From contig JASANG010003525.1 of the NCBI GenBank assembly GCA_030248215.1, positions 1-64,000 on the forward strand: DNA of 64,000 nucleotides, written 5' to 3'. Source of the stretch: Enoplolaimus lenunculus (lineage: Eukaryota). The notes beneath the pieces are model-generated. The model was not told the DNA's origin and searched no databases. It saw nothing but the letters and a program-made list of their open reading frames with translations. Below, piece by piece: positions 49,929 to 61,900 of this stretch. Both the position numbers and the translations under genes were made by a program. The first letter of the stretch is position 1, and each line of letters begins with the position of its first letter.

Positions 49929-52900
49929 TTAATAGTCAGTTGTTTCATTTCGTAAACTTTTTCGTTTTGCAATCAAACGCAAACGACGACGATAATCAAT
50001 AACGGAGCGGCAGGTTTTGCAACAAAATCGACTGAATGGAGGTCGATTACAGCGGTATTGATGCCTTTTGATGAGCCGTTTACAGAATCCAGCGTCCCGG
50101 TCTCCGAACTGACATCCGTTTACTTCCGGTGCTTTTGGATCCTCAACGCATTTGCCAAATTGACACCACTAAAATGAGTATAACGAGCAATTTATTGATA
50201 TATGAAGTTCCGTGCAATTTTTATATTATGCTGGTTGTAAATAAATTATCTTATACAACATTAATTTTATTATACAACCTCAGGTTTTCTTTCTATTTCG
50301 GAAAAAATCAACCTCCGGCTTCTATTAAAAGTTTTTAGCCAATGTAACTTTGTGAGGGGCATAATAGTAGTACTGTAGCGACCCGAATAAGAGGGGGTCC
50401 CCATTTTGAGCCCCAATCAATAGGAGTCGGTATCCCTAGTAGTCCGTAATCGGATAGAGTCCATAAACACTAAATGACTTCAGCACCAAATACCGCTGAG
50501 TTTGAAATTTTAAAGCATACTTAAGTTTTGAAATTTAATTCAACGCATAGTTGCAATACCGGATATATAGCAGTAACGAAGGGTGGCGGAGGACTAGCTG
50601 AAAGTAAATAACCGTTTGTTACCTAATAATAGGGGGTACCCTCTGGAGAGGCCAAATAAATATCAGCCCCCCTCTTATTCGGGTCACTACAATATAAGCA
50701 TATTCCTAAAGCCTGCACCTTAGCATAAACCTCAGGGTAAGAAAAAGCCTAAAGCGTAAGCCAATTAACCTAAACCAAAAAATATAAAGTCTAATGCTTA
50801 AAGCTTACTCTATTATGATCTTGCAAAAAATGGTTCACCCATCAAAGTTACGCGCCAAAGTTTAAGTACTCAGCAATCAAGTTTGGTGGTGCCTTAGAAC
50901 AGGTTACCGAAATATTGATTTAAATTTTTTCCACTGAAGCTCGCAATTTTTCGAACTGCTTAACCACCAGATGCGTTTGTGTTATCTAATTTCCAATTTC
51001 GGTTGCGATATATATGCCGTTCATGCTGAACTTCAATCATTTTTCGTTTCAGTTATATGAGTTGCCTGACGTACCATTTTGTTACCACATGTCGTGCCGT
51101 GAAATGCCGGCAAATACCATCGAGTTATGCATGGTTTATGCGGTCCTTTTTTGGCATCTCGGCAAAATAAACGATTACAAAGTTGTGACGTATAATAGTC
51201 TTCGTTCTGAAAAATAAATTGACAATCGTCAAAAAACTGCATTTAAATAATTATTGTAAATAGTTTTGTTCTTTGTTTTGGCGAATGTAAAGAACAGGAG
51301 CGGAACAGTATTATAAGCATATTCCTAAGCCTAAGCGTAAGAATGAGCGTATTTGTAAGCCTAAGGCTAAGCCAAGCAAAAAATAGTCTAATGCTTAAGC
51401 TTACTCCTTTCTAGTCCCACAGAAAAACGTTCCACTCCTGATCTTTACATGGGCCTTTATTTTTAAGAACATAAAGTTAAATCCATTTTTATCTCCAAAT
51501 GCAGGTATATTTGATTGGTTGAAATTTTCGGTACATCTTTAGTCCGCCATACCTAATGTGATTCATACTGTGCCTTATGGTGTACGATTATTTCCCACAT
51601 GCGATTTTTCCACGTAAGGTGTAAGATTCTTTGTCGGATGTGATTGTTTCTTCCGATTAGGTTATTTTTCTCCCCTCAATGTATAGGTGATTCGTTCCTC
51701 TTGTAGGATTCTTGCCACTCTTGATGTGCGTCAAGGTATACGAATCTTGGCCCGTGTATGAACAATTTTTTCAAAAGTGATTGGCCATGACGTCTTGTTT
51801 GTCAAACAGGCATGTGTAAACAGGGGGGCCTCTCACCCTGGAAGTTGGGGGGAGCCCCGCCCTGTCTGCTCTGCTCGGCACCATGCTAATGCACATCATG
51901 TCATAAATGCACTGAACAGTATAACGTATATATACTTGCCAGCGGCATACGTGTCGATATATGCAGTTGCGGCTGCGTGGCGTAGTGGCAAAGTGTCTAC
52001 TGAAGGATCTCAATGTTCCGATTACGAACCAATCTCTGTATGCCTGCTTTTTCACATACTTCGATGCTTAGTAAAAATAGTCTGGTTGATCTGTTGTTCC
52101 TGCCTTTTCACTGACAGCACGAATTTGTGGACTTCAAAAATTGTAAGGTAGGGAGGAACCTTATCATGTTATCACCAAACAATTTTCTTACGGCAAAAAT
52201 TGTAAGGTTTTATCGCAAAAAAATTTCTGAGGGTAAAAATTGTTTATTACAAAAAATTTTCTGAGTGAAAAATTGTAATGTCGGGACATTGCCATTTTAT
52301 CACAAAAAATTCTGACGGGGGGGCTTACGCTCCCCCCTTTGGATCCGCCTGTGATTCGCGATACAATATCATGTTGTAAACATTGTTCGTTTGATTTCTC
52401 CGAGCTATTTTTGGCAAGTGGTTGGTTTACAATTAATGCTATAAGTGTTTATAAAATCGGCCCATGTAAAGATCAGGGGCGGAACGTTCTTCTGTGGGAC
52501 TAGAAAAGAGTAAGCTAAGTTTTAGACTAAATTTTTTGCTTGGCTTAAGCTAATAGGCTTAGGCTTAAGAATATGCGCATTCTTACGCTTAGTCTTAGAC
52601 TTGCGCTTACGCTTAGGCTTAGGAACATGCTTATAATACTGTTCCGCTTCTGTTCTTTACATTGGCCATAAAATCTAGCTGCATAAACGGTCTTTAAAAT
52701 GTGAATCGGGTACTTGTTTTTAAATGAGAAACTTAAATTTTGACATTATAAAACAGTAAGCGTATAACCGACAGAATTACGGCTTTGAAATATCAAGTGG
52801 ATATTAATCTCACTGGGGAAAATCGTATCATCTATCGATGGATCATGAAATTTCTAAAAGGAGGCAGAACGAGATGCAGAACACCCCACGAGCGACTCGA

Positions 52901-55900
52901 GCGAATGTTTTTGATCCCTGTTGAGGAAACACGCCGGGCCCCTGTCTTTTAGATCCTGCATGGCACACCTAAAGGGAAAATTAATGCAGCAGCTGGGGGG
53001 GGGCAAGAACCGTAAACCTTAAAGTGAAAATGATGAAATGAGTGGAACGAGTCGTATACGGTACCATACCGGGGCGGAAAATCCATAAAATCCTGCGGAA
53101 GTCGCAATCAGAAATTAAAAGTTCTATAAAAAATGAAACTGAATTTGCAGATGTCATAAGGTTAGAAACAAGTTCATTCAATAGCACAACTTCTATAATA
53201 ATAAAAATAATAATAATAATATATAATAATAATAATAATAATAATGACCCATGTTACTTTTAGGGCCGTCCCGGTTTCTGGTGGGTCTGTAAAAGAGTAG
53301 GCTTGCTTACATTCTAGACTACATTTGCGTTAGGGTAGGCTTAGGAATAAGCTTTTGCAACGTTTAGGCTTAAACTTAGGTTTAGGAATACGCTTAATCG
53401 CCTGATACGGCCCAAAAAGTAATGTTGGACATAATAATAATAATATGTAATAATAATAATAATAAAAATAATAATAATAGTAATAATAGAATAATAATAT
53501 GATAATATTAATAATAATATTAGTAATAATAATAGCAATAATACATTTTACTGAAGAGAAATGTTGGAACCTCAGTTTTAGTGTGGTACAAAATGTATAT
53601 AATAGTGAGCGTTGAATTTTGTCATACCCACCTCATTTTGGGGGAGTTGGGCCGAAATTTTTGAGTTATAACAATAAGCGCAGCATGTTGATTGCCGTGG
53701 GACCTTAAAATAGTGTCTCCCGTTAGCATCGAACTTCCGCTTTTCCCCATAAATTAGATAGGTTACGGACAAAACGCAGTGCGTATCGGTTGCATCTTTT
53801 CTTATGCACAGAATGTGCCAACTATTGTCACACAGTGCTAATCCACTCTTGGTTAAACCAAGACGGCACGACACAAGAGTGTGCAACTCTTAAGGCTCCG
53901 CTTGGTACAAAATGTACCATCGAGCGTTGCGTTTTTGGCCGACCCCCACCCGTTATTTAGAGGGGGGTTGCTGTCACATGGAATATCTCTGAATTAACAG
54001 TTACATCTCTACGTTAAACCAAGAGTGGATAATCGCTATTTAACAAGCCTGTGCAACTGGGCACATTCTGTGTAGAAAAGATGTGGTGTTTTTGCCCTAT
54101 CCCCCTTTGGTACCATGCGGGACGCCAAGAGTTGCACACTCTTGTCGTTATCCACTCTTGGTTAAACTAACTGAACAAAACCGGTAAGACGGTCCATAAA
54201 TCATTTGACACTGTCGATCGACATTATAAGTTTGTCCCGGATATGGCGTTTCCTGTTCACCGTAAGCGTTAACAATAGGCGACGCATTTTCCATTAGGCA
54301 GTGCGTTCCGCGATTATGTAATATCCTATAATCAAATTGTAATCAAAATTAGGTTCTTGAAATTAAAAAAAGTGTCATCACCAAAAATCAAACAATAATT
54401 TTCTAAATCGAATCTCAAAATTATTCAAAATAGTCAATTTTAACGTTAGCTTTGAAATTTAGGTTAACTACCGGTTGTATACAACTGATCCGGTAGTAAA
54501 AATTGATTGTTCAGCGCGACCTGTTTGTATCTATAGATGGGTTGAAAAGCTTTCTGATACGTGTAGTATTTTTAATACTTTAACCCTTTCTCACATGAAT
54601 ATGTTCTATTTAAGCTGAGACCTACTTTTCTGCTAGGATTCGAACTCCAGCGACTGGAGTGGGAGGCGTATCATCACCACTCAGCTATAGGAGCTTGACG
54701 CTCGAGCCCGAGGGGGCTCTCTACGTCTTGTGGTGATTTAGTACTATGTATACGTGTTGCAATTGTTAAACACGGTGCGATATATACTATTTAATGTATA
54801 TATACACTGCGCTGAGTTGCCTACAGGCAACTCAATATGAGAAGGGGTTAATTGACATCCTCTTCACGTTATATATACATCATATGCAGGGTGTAAACGG
54901 AGAGTAAAAATAACAGAAACGGATAATGCTCGAAATAACGGAAACGGAAAACGAATATTGAAGTACGAAAGTTTCAAAGATGTTTTATTTTTTTGCCAAT
55001 ACTATTGAGACGTGCAAATATTCATCGGGCTATTTAAAATTTTTGAAGAAAAAAATGACGGTGATGCACCGAATTTTTTAAAATTTTAGATGAATTCCAT
55101 AATTTTTATTTCACTTCGAACAATTGCAGCATATCTGTGGAGAAAAGTTGAGAAATATATACGTGACTTATATGCTGGTTTTTAGCGTAAAAATAACTGA
55201 ATTTCCGTCATTTCTATAACTGAAACGGATACCGTTTTTACCAGATACGGAAGGGAAAGAGGACATCCGGTTACTTCATGATCCTATGTGATTTACAGTA
55301 CAAAGTGTATATATGCTTTCAGTTTCATTTGAATGCAAGCATGGTTCAAGTTGGACATAAAGTATTTTAAATATATTTTCCATATTGCATATCGATCATT
55401 ATTGTAGCCATGTACGCCTTGGGTTTACAGATATAGCATAACCTGACGCGTACTAACATAGAAACTGAGTAATACCACTGAAGCTTGCATTTTGTTAGTG
55501 TTGATTTAATAGATGGCGATAGTTTCCCCCCACAATGTTTATATTACTGTAGTGACCCGAATAGGACAGGGATAATAAGAGGGGGTTCCCATTTTAAGTC
55601 CCAATCAACATAAGTCCGTATCCCTAAAAAGAGTCCGCAAGCGAAGAGAGTCCCTAAACACTAAAATTAGAGGTTACAAATGTCAATTATTCCTATTGTA
55701 GAGCATAAATCACTCTAGGACGAAATAAAGTTGAGTTCGTAACTTTAAAGCATACTTAAGTTTTGAAAGTACATTCCTTAGTATAACCTTGCATTATCGC
55801 TCAAACTTTTGATACAAGGCAAATAAACATTTCGTTCAACGGATAGTTGCAATACCGGATATATATCAGTAAGGAAGGATTTTGGAGGGCAGGTTAAAAA

Positions 55901-58900
55901 TAAGTGACAGTCCATAATCATCTGAGGGGCGCACCGAGAGGGGGACCGGGGGGGGCGGCCCTCCCAATCGAAATTAGTTCGTGTGTCATAATTTACGTTA
56001 GATACAAAAATTACATTTAGCTTTTCGTTCGCGAGGTTATTAATTATTCAATTTTCAAAAGAATATTGCCTGCGGCGCTGTTCAAATGAAAACTTCATCG
56101 TTTAATTTCCCAACCTAATCAGCTTATAGCTAGAGATAATTTAAAATTGTGCAATGCTTCACAGTTAATACACAATTGCTTGACGGGGCGTTACAGTTTG
56201 GTGAGTTATACCAAGAGTGGATGATCACTCTTTATAACAAGAGTGTGCAACTGGGTACATTCTGTGTATTAAAGAATGTACCCGGCACGCGTTGCATTTC
56301 TCCCTTACCCCCCTCATTTGGGGGGTTGAAACCTTGAACGCAGGCAAATACTGTTGCGATACACAGTGCAAACCTTGTCCGGTTATATTCTTGAATTAAG
56401 TTTAGCTGAGGTCTGTGTGCTGTTGACCCCCTAAATAAGGGGGGGTATGGGCAAAACGCAACGCGCGGTGGTACTTTTTATGCCACGCGTATTTTTGGAA
56501 GTTGCACACTCTTATTATCGACTCTTGGTTATACCAAGCAGTTCATGAATACAGAAACGTTTTGAGGTTCCTAGAGGGATTTAATTCTGAAGCAATGTAT
56601 AACTTCTCGCTCGCTTCGCTCGCGAATTCTTCAAAACTTACCCTTGTTTAAACTCTAAGACAAAAGTACGCCAACAAAGACCCTGTACTAAAGTTCTGTA
56701 ATATAGTTAAAGGTAATAGTGTGTAGGTTTTCGATCGCGATATTTTCTTAAACTCATGTTCACGTAACGACCAATTTGGTTTGGCCCAGCTACCCAGCAC
56801 GCTAAAACTTTAAAGGCCCTAAAAGAAAACTCTGAAATTGGTCTCGGAGCCGACTAGGAAAGCGTCATTATTCTCATATATCACGCCGAAAGTTTAGACG
56901 GGTCACTGTAGGGTTCATATTTCACATTTAGGTGGAAACCTAAGGCACGAACCTGGCAGAATGCGCCCCACAATCCAAATTTCTCGGTACGCCACTGCAG
57001 GAGAGGTAAACTAAATATCAGTCTTCCGCTCTTATTCGGGTCACTACAGTAATACATTATCACTTGCTTTAGGCTTTCGTTACGTGGTGATGGGGCATAA
57101 TGTTGGGAAATGTTAACAAGTACCTATGTTCCCATGAGGCCATGTTTTATTTTCGCGTAACCGAAATCTGCACATGAGTTACATTTTACAATATTTTACT
57201 TGACTTACGTCAAATATGACGTGATCTGTGCTTTTGAGCATTTTGAAAATTTGAACGAATTTTCGACAATTTTCACTTGCGCACTTAAATACGAACGCAT
57301 AAGAAAGTTGTGTCGCGCTGGGCAACCGCTTGTACGAATCATGCCGTCGTGTTCTGCGCCAAGGCTTTAAAATTAAACCATATTGTTTTAATAAAACGAA
57401 CCAACCCAAATGGAGGTATTTATATATATTGGGGCCGGCTCCTTCTATTGTGCTCTGATTTAGTGTAGTTTATACAACAGTTTTGTGGTTTTAAAATATA
57501 TGATTTCAAAGGACGAAAATTTCAAAGCAAAACACGGAAACAAAGCCCCCCCCGCCCCCGGCCCCCCCCCCGCCCGCCCCGCCCCGCCCCGGCCCCACCC
57601 CGGGGGGAGAAAGAGGGAAAAAGAGAAAAACAAAAAAAAAAAAAAAACAAAAAAATTGAATCAATCAGTCTGAGTTACGACTATCAGAACTTAGAATTTT
57701 GATTTGATTCAATTTATTCTGAGTTAATCAATTCATCCATAGTCAAATCATTTCAGAGGGACAATCAACTCAACTCAGAATGAGTTAATGTTCACTGATA
57801 TTAATTCAGAATTAACCAACCCGCTAGCTGAATTGATTAATCAACTCATTGGAATTTACAGATTGGTAGAAACATGATGTGAACCGGATGCAAACTTTCT
57901 ACAGCAGCCTGAGTGTGGCACAGGTTTATGTTATAAAAACTGAACGAGCTAACCTGTGCCCAAGTTCATGCGCTGCTACAGCAACGGTTGCAGCTGCCCC
58001 CGAGTCTTCAATTGCACTTATTGAATCGATTTTATGGCACATCGATTGAACATAACCGATGCCTGGATTATTTATTGATGTTAAATTAAAGATCAATTTT
58101 AAAAATAGTAGGCATAACGGTGAAATTTTTTGGTTTCCATAACTCGCACAGTGCCAAAAATTGAACAATTAAATTTGAAATCAGTCAAATTTAAAGCTGA
58201 TCAATTTAGTAGTTTGGTGCGTCGAGCCAATTGGAAAAAAGTTTTAATGTCAACGACATATTTTGGATTTGTCCGCAGAAATACTCGTTGATCGTACCCA
58301 TTACATTCTTTACATATATACTTTGAAATCACAAAGTTAGCTGAGAACTAAAATCGGTTTGTCAGAAATGCTTTTTAACAATTGTTCTCATATTTTAGTA
58401 AAATTTTTGTTGATATTGAAAATCAAACTGTATTTGTCAAAAGGTTTATTTCAAAGCCTGAAATTTGGCGTACAACACCAGCAGTCATGTATTAATTTAT
58501 GTATTATTAGCTGTTTAACCCTGTCTCGCTTAAATTAGCTGCGCCAAGAATAAACACAAAGAAAATTTTTTAGCTTAAAATCTCTTTCAATTGTATTAAA
58601 GCAAATACAATTAAAACCTTGCAATGTAGTGACCCGAATAAGAGGGGGACTGCTATTTATTTGGCCTCTCCAGAGGGTACCCCCCTTGTTATTCGGTTAC
58701 GGACTGTTATTTATTTTTAACCCACGCTCCGCCGCTCTTCGTTGCTGATATATCCGGTAACTGCAATTATCCGTTGAATTAAACGTTTAATTGTCTTGTG
58801 TCAATAGCTTGAGCGATAATACAAGGTTATACTTAGGAGTGTACTTTCAAAATTTAAGTACGCTTTAAAGTTTCGAACTCAAATTATTTGGTCCTGGAGT

Positions 58901-61900
58901 CATTTATGCGCTACAGTATAGGGTTAATTGACATTTATGGGTCTAATTAGGATTTAGGGACTCTACCCGCTTACGGACTCTTATTAGGGATACGGACTCC
59001 AATTGATTCGCACTCAAAATAGGACCCCTCCTATTACCCCTCCCCCTCTTATTCGGGTCAATACAGTACTACCGCATGATATGATAATTATATATGGTTC
59101 TTACCTTCGGTTCCTTTATCACCGTTTCTTGCTATGTTATATCTGAAATGGTCCATGTTAATTATACAGGCCTGCCTACTAGGCCTAGTTGTTCTAAGCC
59201 TAAGGCTATAAGCCTCAGCTTTCTAGTCGTTTGATCCCTCTGCCTCCCAGTGGGCAGGCCTCTATGAGCAACTTGGGCATTTGATACGGGTCTTTTTCGT
59301 TATCCCCTAAGCCTGCGTTTGCCCAAAAACACTTCGATTTTGAAAATTTTTGCATATTTGAGCTTTTCATGACCTCCCATGATCATTCGATACTTCAATT
59401 TGAATTTTTGAAAACTACGATTTTTAAGGTCCCGAGATCCGTCCTTGTGACCCAAAAAATTAGACGACTGGTTAAAAAACGTATTGTGAAATAACTAATC
59501 TGGCGCTGTCCCAAAAGGTTGAAAGCGCGCCAAATCAGCTACTTAACCATAAACTCTTTAACCAGACGTCTGATTTTTGGAAAATTTAACATTAGGCTGT
59601 AACCGAATATCCGTATTCGTTTCCGGTAAAATCGGTGTCCATTTCCGCTTCCGTTATAGAAATAACGGAAATTCTGTTTTACGTTCAAAATTAGTTATGA
59701 ATCGTGTACAAATCTCGCAATTTTTCGTTACAGATATGCCGCAATTGTTTGAAATGAAATAAGTTACGAAATTTGTTCAAGATCTTAAAAATTTCGATGC
59801 ATCCGCCATTCTTTTAAACTTTTAGAAAGTTTAATGAACATTTGGACGTCTGAATTGCGTTGGCAGTAAAATAAGACATCTTTGAAGCTTTTATACCTCA
59901 GTATCTATTTTCCGTTTCCATTTTTTACTATCCGTTTACACCCTGTTTAACACCATTCCACCCAGCTCTACATACTGCGTCGAGTATTATATATCGTGTT
60001 TAACGTTTTGACAAAAAAATTTCGGTCCAAACGGGATCCTATTTACACTTTGTATATATTTTTTTGCTAAGAAAAATTGGTCTATTGTAATTGATGCGGG
60101 TTAATTGAACACGTTGAATTTTGTTCCGGTATACACTTCTTAGAACGAAAATCATTAAATCTATTTGGGGATTATATTTTTTGCTTAGGCTTAGGCTTAG
60201 GCTTATGCTTAGGAACTCATTTTTGCAACGCTTAGGCATAGGCTTAGGAATACACTTAACTACTGTTACGCCCCTTAAGTAACATTGGCCTAAGAGATTA
60301 TACGCCGTATTTCAACACAACGGGTAACGTAAGCAAGCCTTCAGATTCCTGCAAACATACTTTACGTACCTGGTTACTGCCATGGCGTGGTCATGTTTCG
60401 GCAAATGATCAGCGTGAAGTACAAGCCATGATTTGAGTTCTTTTAGGATTTGAAGTCCATCAACGACAAGGCGACCTTTTCCGGTGTCTTCCGCCAATGT
60501 TGTTCGATTTTGTATCCACGGACAACCGGTCGCGTTCTGAAACAAAATCTTAGACCTTTTTGTACCAGTTTTTGAGTTTGCAGTGTGGCAAACGTCGTTT
60601 TTGCAACTGCGTTTGGCACACCAGTTTTACTATGTGTAAATTTGTTTTATTGAGTTTTGTGAAAAATAAAGACATTTTAAATTTGACAAAGATCAGATGT
60701 AAAAAAGACAACGAAATTACCAGCCAACAAAAAATTACCTTCCGCCACTCCGGAACAGTTTCATTGGCCCGCTTTAAAATATAATTTTACGCCCCTTGGA
60801 AAATGACTGGTTTTCTCTGAAGTCTTGAGGCGTCTACGAGCCTGATATTTACTGCACGAAACTACTTTAGTCGACATGGGTTGCATGAAAATACTGAAGA
60901 GCCAAATTTTTGGCAACTGGCAACAGAAAAAATCTCGTAAGTGAAGAATTTACCTTACAGATAACAATGCCAGCATTGCGGACACCGGATATGACAAACC
61001 TTCCAAACTGGACGCCGGAATATATCCGGTCAACCTAAAACGGCTAAAAGATTTCAGAGATACAGGGTTGCGTTTCCGGTGCAAATTTGTCACCAGCTCC
61101 TGCTGTCTACGGTATAAACTCAGCGGCGGATTTAGAATTTTTTGGTGGAGGGCTGGTTGACAAAAGGAATGAAACGCAATTTGTACCGTATGCTATATGT
61201 GATAAGTTTCTGTTTAGGACAAATTGTAAAGTACGGACCTTACCATTTTATCACAAAAGATTTTCTGGCGGGGGACGTACACCCCTCGTTTTACCGACAG
61301 TTGAAGATGCAACTAGTCGTAGTGTACGTACTCACTTTCGAAATATGCTGTAACTCAGTTAAGAATTCGTCCGCCATCCAAAATTAACTATAATTTCGTT
61401 GCAGAATATTTCAAAAATTTTACTCTGTTTCAAACTGCGATTGGATATCAAATGTTCGCAAGCGACGCACTCATTGGCGGACCGTTTTAGCTGTACTTAC
61501 CTCAGATACAATCGTTGTGAAGTATGCTTGTATTTGATTGGTGACACTGTAGTCTTCAGCGTTTTTAACATCCATAAAATACTCGTACACCGATACATCA
61601 ACCAATAGGAGTAATTCAATGACAAATTCAACTGAACTTTCGATATCCGTTGCTATACAATGATTGATAACTAAAAATAATGTAATTTAAATGTGCACTA
61701 AAAACAACCAATGAATAGTCATGAAAATCTAACTTAAACTGCCACTAAAGTACATTTATATAACAGAAAACGTAAGACTGAGTTATGTACACGGCAAAAA
61801 ATGGTGAGTTAAATCGACTCTCTCCGAAATACACTTTTCCGGACTACACAAACTGAGTCAAATTCGACTCCACCAGAGTCAAATTCGACTCACCCGAGTC

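Noticed and set aside
60180..60250. True telomere or chromosome-healing site
   Set aside because: The short degenerate TTAGGC run ends in a family B TIR inside an intron; unique sequence continues on both sides.
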